Source: an uncultured Maribacter sp. (GTDB lineage Bacteria > Bacteroidota > Bacteroidia > Flavobacteriales > Flavobacteriaceae). Taken from it: a stretch of DNA of 64,000 nucleotides. Shown here piece after piece: positions 18,645-28,510 of the stretch. The position numbers and the translations under genes were made by a program. The stretch covers positions 563-64,562 of the forward strand of contig CAZTLZ010000001.1 in assembly GCA_964614665.1 (NCBI GenBank), given 5' to 3'. The notes beneath the pieces were generated by a model. It did not search any database. It had not been told where the DNA came from and saw only the letters and a program-made list of their open reading frames with translations. How positions within the stretch are numbered: the first letter of the stretch is position 1; the number at the start of each line of letters is the position of its first letter.

Positions 18645-19967
18645 ATGAAAAACTTCCTTTTAATACTGGCTTTTTTTGTCACAATTTCGATATCGGCACA
18701 GTATACCATTTCTGGCACCTTTACTCCAGCAAAAGACTATACATGGTTGATTGCCTACCATTTAAAACCCGGCACACAGATCTATGTTGCCGATACAGCA
18801 ATCAAAGACGGAAAGTTTGAAATGAAAATTCCGGAGAATAGCCCTTCTGGAATATATCGTTTAGTGTATGCCGTTCCTCAAGAAGAATTCAACTTCGATA
18901 TTATCTATACCGGAAAAGAAGACCTGAAATTAACCTTCGAAAGCAACGCAGGTGTAGCATTTGAAAACTCTAAAGAAAATATACTGTTCAATACATATTT
19001 TAAGGAAATTCAAAGTGCGGAACGCCACTTAATCTCATTTTATTCGAATGGTTCTAAGGATTTTGATGAATACCGGAAAATCACTCAAAATTATATGGCC
19101 ATTCAACATTCATTCATGGAAAGATCCGATGGTTTAATGGTACAAGAGTTTATAATGGCGAATAGACCTTATATACCGCCAAAATATGAGACTATACATC
19201 AGTATGTAAAAAATCGCAAAGAAAAATATTTCAATGTTTTGGATCTCTCCAATCCCCTACTTCAAGCTTCAGGGTTTCTGACCGATAAGTTGGGGAATTA
19301 CGTTTTTACCGCATTGCCATTGAAGCAAATGTCCGACGAAGAAACGCAAAATGCGATGCAAGAGAACCTAAGAACGATTGTAGAAAAATTGGATGACGTT
19401 TCTAATAGCTATCAATTTAGCACGCTTTACTCCATTTGGACACAGGCGTCGGCAAGTGCTTTTTACAACTTCTCCGATACTATTTACAACAGCTATTTAA
19501 AGACGAAGGCAAGTACACCTGAACATCAAAGAATACTATCAGAGATCGAATTACAAAACAGGCTTCGACTGGGTGCCATAGCCCCTGAAATTTCCTGGAA
19601 GGGCGACTCAGGCCTTAAAAGTTTAAGTCAACTTCAAGGCGGTGAAAATTATGTGCTTGTTTTCTGGAGCAGCACCTGTGGACATTGTCTAAGAGAGCTA
19701 CCAGCCCTTCATAAAGAACTAAAAGGGAATACCACTATTAAGGTCATAGCTATTGGATTGGAAGACGATGATGACAATTGGAAATTAGAATCCGCAAAAC
19801 TCAAAGGTTTTGAGCATGCCATCGCTCTAGGTAAATGGGATAGTGAGTACGCAGATTTGTATGGAATACAAGCAACACCTACCTACTTTATTTTGAATGA
19901 GGAGAAGCGAATTATTGCCAAGCCAGCTAATGACAAAGGTGTAATCGAGTTTTTGGAAAAGATATAA
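18645..19967 (+). CDS. Exported TlpA/ResA-like thioredoxin-fold disulfide oxidoreductase
   Basis: Signal peptide; C-terminal VFWSSTCGHC (CxxC) and YGIQATPTYFIL. Confidence 0.8.
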   Translation: MKNFLLILAFFVTISISAQYTISGTFTPAKDYTWLIAYHLKPGTQIYVADTAIKDGKFEMKIPENSPSGIYRLVYAVPQEEFNFDIIYTGKEDLKLTFESNAGVAFENSKENILFNTYFKEIQSAERHLISFYSNGSKDFDEYRKITQNYMAIQHSFMERSDGLMVQEFIMANRPYIPPKYETIHQYVKNRKEKYFNVLDLSNPLLQASGFLTDKLGNYVFTALPLKQMSDEETQNAMQENLRTIVEKLDDVSNSYQFSTLYSIWTQASASAFYNFSDTIYNSYLKTKASTPEHQRILSEIELQNRLRLGAIAPEISWKGDSGLKSLSQLQGGENYVLVFWSSTCGHCLRELPALHKELKGNTTIKVIAIGLEDDDDNWKLESAKLKGFEHAIALGKWDSEYADLYGIQATPTYFILNEEKRIIAKPANDKGVIEFLEKI

Positions 19968-19982
19968 GTTGCTTACTACTAT

Positions 19983-20642
19983 CTATAAGGTCTTCAAATC
20001 CTTTATAGTCTTAAATGCGATATCTACTTGATCATCGTCTACCAATATCGTAAACTCATTGGTAGTTGAAATCACTTCATATAAAACAATTCCTTCCCAA
20101 GCTAAGCGCTGAAAAATGAAATAATATATCCCGGGAACGGAAACATTCTCCGCTGGCAATTTGACTGTAATAGATGAAAGTTCTTCGGCCTTCTGTGTAC
20201 ATTTCTCAGCCTTGAATAATCCCTCGACGGTATCATCCATAATATTTGAGATGACGATATTTATTTCGTTAACACCTCTTGAAGACGTATAAAAAACATC
20301 TTGATTCTGATTCACCGCCTCCAAAAGTTTAGCCTGCTGCGATAGAATCGTATCCGAAGCCAAAAAAGTATAATCGGTCAACGAAGAGCGTACCGTAATT
20401 TCACCTATATTTTTTAAAACTTTGATGATCTTATGGGTCGCTCTGAATTCCAAATCATCCGATAGTCGCTTCAAGGCCATTACTATCGCCCCATTACGAA
20501 TTTCCTTTCCGAGCTCATCCTCGATTTCAGATTTTACGATTCTTGACAATGATGTAAGGTTTATGATACCTTGCGCCAACGCACTTTGTAAAAAAGGTTT
20601 CTTTTTGATGTACTGTTCAACAACAGATGATATTGTTTTCAT
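19983..20642 (-). CDS. Conserved ACT-domain protein with N-terminal HTH-like region (no kinase domain)
   Basis: C-terminal VPGIYYFIFQRLAWEGIVLYEVISTTNEFTILV ACT fold; no KFGG aspartokinase motif. Confidence 0.7.
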   Translation of the reverse strand: MKTISSVVEQYIKKKPFLQSALAQGIINLTSLSRIVKSEIEDELGKEIRNGAIVMALKRLSDDLEFRATHKIIKVLKNIGEITVRSSLTDYTFLASDTILSQQAKLLEAVNQNQDVFYTSSRGVNEINIVISNIMDDTVEGLFKAEKCTQKAEELSSITVKLPAENVSVPGIYYFIFQRLAWEGIVLYEVISTTNEFTILVDDDQVDIAFKTIKDLKTL

Positions 20643-20726
20643 TCTGATTGATTTTGTGCTAAAATAACAATTTGTTATAAATAAAACAAATTGTAAGAAA
20701 AAGATATTTTACTTCATCAAAAGAAA

Positions 20727-21086
20727 TCAAAAATGATAAAATGCACTTTCCAAGTGTTCAATCTTGAAAATTTTAGTATTCTTTAGAATGGTGATAACAT
20801 CAAACCTGACCTCGACGTCAAGCTCTTTTGAGGTAACGTAATGATCAGCTCCGGCTACCAATAGTTTTATTTTTTTTGGTGTAATCGTATCTGCTATGGG
20901 GATAATTTGATCATTACTTCTGGCACGAACCTCAACAATGGCCAAAATATCTTCCTTTTGAGCAATGATGTCGATTTCGGACTTTAAATAGCGATAATTT
21001 TTATGCTTAATAGTATATCCTTTTTCGATTAAAAAGTCTGTAGCGAGTCGTTCTCCTTCCCTGCCAAATTCGTTATGTTTTCCCAT
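20727..21086 (-). CDS. yraN: YraN family (UPF0102) nuclease-fold protein
   Basis: GE..A..FL...GY.I...NYRY..EIDIIA..IVEVR..RFDVI. Confidence 0.9.
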   Translation of the reverse strand: MGKHNEFGREGERLATDFLIEKGYTIKHKNYRYLKSEIDIIAQKEDILAIVEVRARSNDQIIPIADTITPKKIKLLVAGADHYVTSKELDVEVRFDVITILKNTKIFKIEHLESAFYHF

Positions 21087-21303
21087 TTACAAATTTAAAA
21101 TTAGAGGTCAAAATGTGCATTTCATCGAAAAAACACGTCGTTAAACGTCCAATTTAACACTATCGCCGTAAATTTTTAGGTAGTACAACGAAAATCTAAG
21201 TATTTCAATACTACTTATAAACCTAAGCACGTTATAGTAAACAACTACGTTAATAGTAGCCCCAAGCACTGTGAACGAAAACTTACTAACGCCCTACATG
21301 CCA

Positions 21304-22809
21304 ATGGAATATTTTGTCAATTGTAATGCATCTACTCTTGCGCCCCACACAAATGCCTTAACCAAAGAACAAGTTCAACATCTCTATCGAAGGTTAGGAT
21401 TTAGCGCTTCAATACAAACTGTTAATAGCCAAGTAGGCCAAAATGCCGACCAAGTGGTTGACAACTTGGTCAATCAGGCAATTAATACGGCACCTCTACC
21501 TGCCCCGACCTGGGCCACATGGAACAATAGCAATTACCCTGCTGACGATGATGCTGCGGGAGCATTGCGTAGAGCTCAACGAGGTGAATTTAGCTTGGAT
21601 TATTCAAATGCACTCCTGAACAATAATTTAAGAGATCGTCTCAGTTTTTTCTGGAGCAATCACTTTGTTACCGAGTTGGATGTGTATGAATGTAATGCAT
21701 TTCTTTATGAGTATTTCAATTGTCTGCAACGCAATGCAATAGGTAATTTTAGAACTTTCGTAAGCGAAATTGGGCTTACAAATGCCATGTTATACTATTT
21801 AGATGGCGTATATAATAATGGAAACAACCCTAATGAGAATTACGGTCGAGAATTATATGAATTATTCACTTTGGGTGATGAAAATGGCTATACTGAAATT
21901 GATATAGTAGAAGCCTCTCGCGCCCTAACTGGATATGTTGAGAGGGGTGAATTAGGCTGTGAAACTGTTCAATTCAGTCCTGAAAACCATGATACCGGTA
22001 GTAAAACCATCATGGGACAAACAGGTAATTGGGGGTATGACGATGTCATTAATATTTTATTCACACAACGATCAAGCGAAGTCGCTGGATTTATATGTAG
22101 AAAACTGTATGAGTTTTTTGTACACCCAGATTCCAAAGAAGATTTTGTTAATGAAAATATTATTCCAGAAATGGCAGCGACTTTTGTTGCCAACAACTTT
22201 GAAATCGCCCCCGTACTTTCCCAATTATTCAAAAGTCAACACTTTTTTGATGATGAGGCTATTGGCGTGATTATAAAGAGTCCGTTTGATGTTTATTTCA
22301 ATCTTCTTAAGGAAACTAATTTCGCCTACACGGATACTACAGTAGAAACGGCCGTGAACTATAGCGACATGTTAGGACAAACCCTCTTTGATCCAGTAGA
22401 TGTAGCAGGTTGGCAGCGAGACCGGAAATGGATCAATACCAATTTCATGATTGGCCGTTGGTTAACCACACAGGATATGGTTGAAAGCTTTTATCAAGCT
22501 GATGACGAGCAGTTTAGAGCCTTTGCAGAAGATGCGGTCGGCCCAGCCAATAGTGACACCAGTAACCCTGAAATAGTAGTAAGGGCTATTGTTGAGAAAT
22601 TGACCCCAAAAGGGATGTACACTGATGAAGAATTCAATAACTGTATGTCAGCTTTTAAAATAAATGATATCCCCGAAATCTATTATGGTGATGATTATAT
22701 CCAGGATGGCCAAGGGCTATGGGTATTAAACATCTACCCTTCAGTACCTCAACAGGTATATCTACTAATAAGACATCTTACTAGACAACCAGAATTCCAA
22801 CTCAAATAA
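21304..22809 (+). CDS. DUF1800 domain protein
   Basis: HLYRRLGF, LRDRLSFFWSNHFV, AMLYYLDG..N..PNENYGRELYELFTLG, HDTGSKT, PVDVAGW; start 21304 assumed (track gives GTG 21271). Confidence 0.88.
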   Translation: MEYFVNCNASTLAPHTNALTKEQVQHLYRRLGFSASIQTVNSQVGQNADQVVDNLVNQAINTAPLPAPTWATWNNSNYPADDDAAGALRRAQRGEFSLDYSNALLNNNLRDRLSFFWSNHFVTELDVYECNAFLYEYFNCLQRNAIGNFRTFVSEIGLTNAMLYYLDGVYNNGNNPNENYGRELYELFTLGDENGYTEIDIVEASRALTGYVERGELGCETVQFSPENHDTGSKTIMGQTGNWGYDDVINILFTQRSSEVAGFICRKLYEFFVHPDSKEDFVNENIIPEMAATFVANNFEIAPVLSQLFKSQHFFDDEAIGVIIKSPFDVYFNLLKETNFAYTDTTVETAVNYSDMLGQTLFDPVDVAGWQRDRKWINTNFMIGRWLTTQDMVESFYQADDEQFRAFAEDAVGPANSDTSNPEIVVRAIVEKLTPKGMYTDEEFNNCMSAFKINDIPEIYYGDDYIQDGQGLWVLNIYPSVPQQVYLLIRHLTRQPEFQLK

Positions 22810-22820
22810 AACCTACTACT

Positions 22821-24545
22821 ATGTGCGATACTCATGATGACGACTTAACCCCATACAAAGGGCTCGAACACGATGGCCACGAAACGGAACACAAAGATTG
22901 GAGCCGCCGTTCTTTTTTACAAGCTTTGGGTATTGCCGGATCCGGTTCAATGATGTTAGGTAGTAGTATGTTGACAGCTTCCGGACCATCGCCTTTGACC
23001 ACCGCAATCGCTGCTGCGGAAACCGACAACATTTTGATTCTTATTCGGTTATCCGGTGGCAACGATGGTTTAAGTACCGTAATTCCTATCGAACAATACG
23101 ATGCCTACGCCAATGCTCGGCCCAATATTTACATTCCTGAGAGTAAGATCTTAAAGCTTACCGATGAATTTGGCGTACCTTCTTATATGAGCGCGGTACA
23201 ACCCATGTGGGATCAGGGGCAGTTTAAAGCTGTTCATGGAGTAGGTTATGATAATCAAAGTTTATCGCACTTTACGGGATCCGATATTTTTGCCAATACC
23301 GATTTGGAGACCACAGGTTTTTCCGGTTTGAATACCGGATGGATGGGTCGTCATTTCGAACATCTGTATCCCGATTATTTATCAGATTTCCCAGGAAGTC
23401 GTCCTGAAGGCCCTGCTGCAATACAAATTGGAAATTATGGCAGTTTGGTATTTGAAGGTGAGGAAACCAATTATGCTTTTGTCACCAACAATCTTGAACA
23501 ATTGGAAACAATTGCCGGTACCGGATTACAATATTCCGTCGATGAAGTGGATGACACCTGTATGTATGGTGATCAAATCAAATACTTAAGAGGTGTATCA
23601 AATGTAACCAATGAATATGCTGGTAAAATACACGAGGCATATGTAAGAGGTGAAGCATTGCGATGTGTTGAATATCAAGACAATTACTTCGCTAGACAAT
23701 TAGCTCTTTTGGCAAGTTTAATCAAAGGAAATCTTGGAACAAAAGTATATATGATATCTATGGGCGGTTTTGACACCCATGGTAATCAACCTTTGAACCA
23801 TGCCCGTTTGATGACAAACTTGTCTGTTGCCATAAATAACTTCTATGAAGATTTAGCTTGTACCCAACAAGATGAAAAGGTTTTGAGCATGACCTTCTCT
23901 GAATTCGGGCGACGAATTTTTGAAAATGGTTCAAATGGTACCGATCATGGTAAAGCTGCACCAACCTTATTCTTTGGTTCAGGTTTGAATGGAAGCGCCT
24001 TTGTGGGTGAACATCCTTCTCTTACCGAGGGCAACAATCGCGGAAATCTAGAAAAAACCATGGACTTCAGAGATCTCTACGCCACTGTTTTAGCTGAATG
24101 GTTGTGCGTTGATATTCCCCTGGTAGAACAGCACCTATTAGGTCATCCTTATGCCCCGGTCAACTTAGGTTTTAATTGTAGTGGTATAGATTTTCCAGAT
24201 ATTGTTTATAGCGATGGCGAACCTACTATACCCGGTTCAGGAGAACCTGTAGAGCCTACACCGTATGACCCATCATTGTTGGCAGCAGTTGTTCACAAAC
24301 CTTTTTACCCTACTGATCAAACTCCTCACATTTATCTGGAAATGCCTTTTAGCGCTCATGTAGACATAAAATTGTTCAACATACTTGGTCAACAAGTAGG
24401 TACCATTTATAATGAAATGATGATGGAAGGTTCTGTAGAATTGAATATCCGTGAACGCATGCCCCAGCATCTTTCTGCTGGAAAGTATATTTATCGTATC
24501 AATGTTCAGAATCAAAAAATGGCTAAATCTGTTATGGTAGCTTAA
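22821..24545 (+). CDS. DUF1501 domain protein with twin-arginine signal and T9SS type A C-terminal sorting domain
   Basis: SRRSFLQALG; L.GGNDGL, GGFDTH, SEFGRR, GTDHG, DFRDLY; CTD DIKLFNILGQQV..LSAGKYIYRI. Confidence 0.88.
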   Translation: MCDTHDDDLTPYKGLEHDGHETEHKDWSRRSFLQALGIAGSGSMMLGSSMLTASGPSPLTTAIAAAETDNILILIRLSGGNDGLSTVIPIEQYDAYANARPNIYIPESKILKLTDEFGVPSYMSAVQPMWDQGQFKAVHGVGYDNQSLSHFTGSDIFANTDLETTGFSGLNTGWMGRHFEHLYPDYLSDFPGSRPEGPAAIQIGNYGSLVFEGEETNYAFVTNNLEQLETIAGTGLQYSVDEVDDTCMYGDQIKYLRGVSNVTNEYAGKIHEAYVRGEALRCVEYQDNYFARQLALLASLIKGNLGTKVYMISMGGFDTHGNQPLNHARLMTNLSVAINNFYEDLACTQQDEKVLSMTFSEFGRRIFENGSNGTDHGKAAPTLFFGSGLNGSAFVGEHPSLTEGNNRGNLEKTMDFRDLYATVLAEWLCVDIPLVEQHLLGHPYAPVNLGFNCSGIDFPDIVYSDGEPTIPGSGEPVEPTPYDPSLLAAVVHKPFYPTDQTPHIYLEMPFSAHVDIKLFNILGQQVGTIYNEMMMEGSVELNIRERMPQHLSAGKYIYRINVQNQKMAKSVMVA

Positions 24546-24611
24546 TCTGTCATTAAAAAAGAGTTATGATTTATACCACTTTAGTCCCCTAAATCTAACC
24601 CCCGCTATAGT

Positions 24612-24659
24612 AAAGCCTTCGCACCTGTGCCTCGAGTAACTGCGAAGGCTTTCTTTTTT
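24612..24659 (+). terminator. Intrinsic terminator of the DUF1800-DUF1501 operon
   Basis: Perfect 12-bp inverted repeat AAAGCCTTCGCA/TGCGAAGGCTTT followed by CTTTTTT. Confidence 0.85.
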
Positions 24660-24716
24660 GGTCATTTCAAGAAGCCTCCCCATAAAAATCTTTATTTTTG
24701 GGGCTTAAATTCTTTT

Positions 24717-26816
24717 ATGTCTCAAACACAAATAAAACCAGATAGGTACACCATCACCGCAGCATTACCCTATACCAATGGTCCGATTCATATCGGGCAC
24801 TTGGCAGGAGTATATGTCCCTGCAGATATATACACGCGTTATTTACGGTTGACGGGTAATGACGTAGCTTTTGTTTGTGGAAGTGATGAGCATGGTGTGG
24901 CCATTTCAATGAAGGCCAAAAAGGAAGGGGTAACCCCAACAGAGATTATTGATAAATACGACGGTATTATTCGCCGATCATTTCAAGAATTCGGAATAAC
25001 ATTCGATAACTATTCTCGTACTTCTCGAGAAATCCACCATAGAACTGCCGGTGACTTTTTCAAAAAATTACATGAACAAGGAGATTTTCTAGAAGAGACC
25101 ACAGCTCAATTATATGATGAGGAAGCGAACCAATTTTTGGCCGATCGCTTTGTTGTGGGCACCTGCCCAAATTGTGGTTATGAAGAAGCTTATGGCGATC
25201 AATGTGAGAATTGTGGAGCGTCATTGAATGCGATGGATTTGATAAATCCAAAGTCGACGATTACGGGAAGCATTCCAACTACAAAAGAAACCAAGCACTG
25301 GTTTTTACCCTTGGATAAACACGAAGATTTTTTAAGGGAATGGATTTTGAGCGGGCATAAATCAGATTGGAAATCTAATGTTTATGGCCAATGTAAAAGC
25401 TGGATCGATGCCGGATTAAAGCCAAGGGCGGTCACTCGTGATTTGGACTGGGGAATTCCAGTACCCGTAAAAGGCGGCGAAGGAAAGGTATTATATGTAT
25501 GGTTCGATGCCCCAATAGGATACATTTCTTCTACCAAAGAATGGGCAGAGCGAGAAGAAAAAGATTGGGAACCCTATTGGAAAGATGAAGGCACCAAATT
25601 GGTTCATTTCATAGGTAAGGATAATATCGTTTTTCATTGTATCATCTTCCCAGCAATTCTAAAAGCGCATGGGGGTTATATTCTGCCCGAAAATGTACCG
25701 GCCAATGAATTCTTGAACCTAGAAGGTAATAAATTGTCCACTTCCAAAAACTGGGCCGTATGGCTACATGAGTATTTGGAAGAATTTCCGGATATGCAAG
25801 ATGTATTACGATATACATTGACTGCAAATGCCCCAGAAACCAAAGACAACGACTTCACATGGAAAGATTTTCAGGCCCGTAACAACAATGAACTTGTTGC
25901 GATTTTAGGAAACTTCATCAACCGGGTGGTTGTCCTTACCAACAAATATTATGATGGGCAAGTACCGGTTGCAGGAGATTTTTCAAAAGTAGATTCAGAC
26001 ACTTTAGAACAACTTCGCAAATACCCAGAAATTATCTCGAGCTCCATAGAACGGTACCGTTTTCGTGAAGCCAGCCAAGAGCTAATGAATTTAGCGCGTC
26101 TTGGTAATAAATATCTAGCAGACGAAGAACCCTGGAAGGTTATTAAAGAAGATGAAGAGCGGGTAAAGACCATTATGTTCGTAGCCCTTCAAATCGCTAC
26201 CGGTTTAGCAATTTTAAGTGAACCCTTTTTGCCTTTTACCTCTAACAAACTTAAATCAATTCTTTCGGTCACATCGAGCGGAGTCGATATGCAATGGAAC
26301 AATGTTTCAACTAGCGAAATCCTGCTACCCCCAGTCCACCGAATCAACAAAGCAGAACTCCTATTCAGAAAAATAGAAGATACAGAAATACAAGCGCAAC
26401 TTGACAAATTAGAAGCCACAAAAAAAGCTAATGCTTCGACTTCGCTCAGTACAAACTCTACAAACAAAGAACTCATGCCTCAAAAAGACACCATTACCTT
26501 CGACGACTTCACAAAATTGGATATGCGAGTAGGCACTATTTTGGAAGCGGAAAAAATGCCCAAAACCGACAAGCTAATGGTTATGCAAGTCGATACTGGT
26601 TTGGACACTCGTACTATCGTATCTGGTATTGCCGAACATTTTACCTCCGAAGAGCTAATCGGCAGAAAAGTTACGGTACTTATAAACTTGGCGCCAAGAA
26701 AATTACGTGGGGTCGAAAGTCAGGGCATGATTCTATTGGCCGAAGGTGCCGATGGCAAATTGGTGTTTGTCAACCCTGATGAAGATGGTGTTGGAAATGG
26801 CAGAACTATAAATTGA
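24717..26816 (+). CDS. metG: Methionine--tRNA ligase with C-terminal tRNA-binding domain
   Basis: [23 protein letters not shown] zinc knuckle, YVWFDA, KLSTS, C-terminal [14 protein letters not shown]. Confidence 0.97.
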   Translation: MSQTQIKPDRYTITAALPYTNGPIHIGHLAGVYVPADIYTRYLRLTGNDVAFVCGSDEHGVAISMKAKKEGVTPTEIIDKYDGIIRRSFQEFGITFDNYSRTSREIHHRTAGDFFKKLHEQGDFLEETTAQLYDEEANQFLADRFVVGTCPNCGYEEAYGDQCENCGASLNAMDLINPKSTITGSIPTTKETKHWFLPLDKHEDFLREWILSGHKSDWKSNVYGQCKSWIDAGLKPRAVTRDLDWGIPVPVKGGEGKVLYVWFDAPIGYISSTKEWAEREEKDWEPYWKDEGTKLVHFIGKDNIVFHCIIFPAILKAHGGYILPENVPANEFLNLEGNKLSTSKNWAVWLHEYLEEFPDMQDVLRYTLTANAPETKDNDFTWKDFQARNNNELVAILGNFINRVVVLTNKYYDGQVPVAGDFSKVDSDTLEQLRKYPEIISSSIERYRFREASQELMNLARLGNKYLADEEPWKVIKEDEERVKTIMFVALQIATGLAILSEPFLPFTSNKLKSILSVTSSGVDMQWNNVSTSEILLPPVHRINKAELLFRKIEDTEIQAQLDKLEATKKANASTSLSTNSTNKELMPQKDTITFDDFTKLDMRVGTILEAEKMPKTDKLMVMQVDTGLDTRTIVSGIAEHFTSEELIGRKVTVLINLAPRKLRGVESQGMILLAEGADGKLVFVNPDEDGVGNGRTIN
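26268..26291 (+). repeat. REP-like short palindrome, copy A (in-frame within metG)
   Basis: GTCACATCGAGCGGAGTCGATATG; shares the core GAGCGNAGTCGA with copies B and C. Confidence 0.65.
26433..26456 (-). repeat. REP-like short palindrome, copy B (in-frame within metG, inverted relative to A)
   Basis: Minus strand reads GTTTGTACTGAGCGAAGTCGAAGC. Confidence 0.65.
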
Positions 26817-26938
26817 CCCATTTTTTGAAATAGCCCATCATCCTAATTTGCTAAACCATTTTCATTAGGATCACTACCTTAGAATTTTTAATCGAAAATG
26901 ACGTTTAATAAAAAACGAATCATCATATTGTTCTTCGG

Positions 26939-27775
26939 ATGAAAAAGTTACTGGCATTTCTGTTATTTACAACGTTTATGCATCTGCACAGTCAAGATTC
27001 ATCCCTTGACCATTCGGAAACACGTTGGGCAATGTTCAAATATGATATGGGCAATGTTTTCTCAGGAATGGGCCATGCCTACTCAAGACCTTTTCACTGG
27101 AGAGGTGATCAGTGGGGCGATTTTGGTGTTACAGTTGTAGGCACCGGGGTAGCCTACCTATTCGATGATTCGGTAAATAGATATGCAGAGGATATTAAAG
27201 AAGATATACCTCAAGTAATTCGCGATTATGGTTTTGAATATGGGAGTCCTGCCAATAATTATATGATTACAGGTGGCGTTTATGCAGTTGGTCTAATCTC
27301 AAAAAACGAAAAACTTCGCCGTACGGGCGTTCTTCTCATTTCTTCAGCCACTACTGCAGGTCTATTACAGCAAGTGATGAAATCGGCATTTGGCAGGGCG
27401 AGACCCTTATCCGGTCTATCGAAAGATACTTTTAATCCACTTTGGGCGGGAGACAAAAATTTTCATTCCTTTCCTTCTGGTCATGCAATTTTGGCAATGA
27501 CCAATGCCCACGCAATAGCCAAACAGTTTAAAAGCATCTGGGTAAAAAGTGGTATTTATACTTTAGGAGCCATACCGGGAATTTCAAGATTGTGGGAGGG
27601 TAAGCATTGGTTGTCCGATGTAGTATTGAGTGTTGCCATAAGTATTCTTACCGTGGAGACTATTGACCGGTATCTTGATAAGAAATACGATGAAAAGTAT
27701 AACAACCACTCAAAAAAATTAAGTTGGAATCTCAATTTTGGACCTGGCTCTTTAGGCATTTCAATGCAGTTTTAA
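26939..27775 (+). CDS. PAP2 family phosphatase (exported or membrane)
   Basis: K..FGRARP, SFPSGH and SRLWEGKHWLSD PAP2 motifs. Confidence 0.88.
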   Translation: MKKLLAFLLFTTFMHLHSQDSSLDHSETRWAMFKYDMGNVFSGMGHAYSRPFHWRGDQWGDFGVTVVGTGVAYLFDDSVNRYAEDIKEDIPQVIRDYGFEYGSPANNYMITGGVYAVGLISKNEKLRRTGVLLISSATTAGLLQQVMKSAFGRARPLSGLSKDTFNPLWAGDKNFHSFPSGHAILAMTNAHAIAKQFKSIWVKSGIYTLGAIPGISRLWEGKHWLSDVVLSVAISILTVETIDRYLDKKYDEKYNNHSKKLSWNLNFGPGSLGISMQF

Positions 27776-27794
27776 TTTAAGTAGAGCGAAAAAA

Positions 27795-28352
27795 CTAATT
27801 TTCTATTCTTCGAAGAATCCGACATGGATTACCAACCGCTACTACATTTTCAGGAATATTTTTGGTTACAATACTTCCAGAACCAATGACACTGTTATTA
27901 CCGATGGTTACTCCGGGGTTGATAATGGCCCCCGCACCGACCCAAACATTGTCTCCAATGTGAACCGATTCTGCAAATTCGATTCCTGAATTCCGTGCTT
28001 TAAATTCCAGAGGATGGTTGGCGGTTAAAATTTGCACTCTAGGGGCCAACATTACATTCTTGCCGATGTGCACTGGTGCACAATCTAAAATAATGCAACC
28101 GAAGTTAGCATATGCATTTTCTCCCCAGTGAATATTATACCCATAATCGCATTGAAAAGGGTTTTCGATATAAAATCGTTTGCTTGTAGTGCCTAAAAGT
28201 TCTTTGAAGAGATGCCTACGTTGCCTTTCCTTATCCATAGGTATCTCTCCTATTTCCTTTACCAGCCTACGGGCTCTTAGGCGTCCTACAACCAGCTCAT
28301 TATCAAGAGGGTTGTATGGCATTCCCGCAGTCATTTTCTCTTTTTCAGTCAT
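27795..28352 (-). CDS. maa: Sugar O-acetyltransferase (maltose O-acetyltransferase family)
   Basis: EKEKM.AG..Y, PF.CDYGYNI, hexapeptide repeats IGDNVWVGAGA..PGVTIG, AVGNPC. Confidence 0.85.
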   Translation of the reverse strand: MTEKEKMTAGMPYNPLDNELVVGRLRARRLVKEIGEIPMDKERQRRHLFKELLGTTSKRFYIENPFQCDYGYNIHWGENAYANFGCIILDCAPVHIGKNVMLAPRVQILTANHPLEFKARNSGIEFAESVHIGDNVWVGAGAIINPGVTIGNNSVIGSGSIVTKNIPENVVAVGNPCRILRRIEN

Positions 28353-28510
28353 GCAGAATTTTTTAATGTGTTAGTTTTTCCAAGTTTAAATCTAAATTCC
28401 CGTGTTGAGAAATTATAATTAGAAATGTCCCCTAAAAATCACCATTTTCCGAGTTAAAATAGATAACTTAACCTGCTTTTTGATTTAGCTATCAACCAAA
28501 AGATTATATT

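Noticed and set aside
19983-20642. Second aspartate kinase
   Set aside because: Only ACT-like domains; the amino-acid kinase domain is absent.
21229-21258. Short direct repeat ACGTTA(A)TAGTA upstream of DUF1800
   Set aside because: Two imperfect copies in AT-rich DNA; cannot be distinguished from chance without orthologous promoters.
24546-24716. Riboswitch or T-box leader for metG
   Set aside because: No SAM-riboswitch or T-box consensus seen; the hairpin is better explained as the upstream operon terminator, followed by a TAnnTTTG box at 24693-24700.
24627-24716. N-terminal extension of MetG from the GTG in the ORF track
   Set aside because: It runs through a terminator and a promoter box; ATG 24717 gives a typical start.
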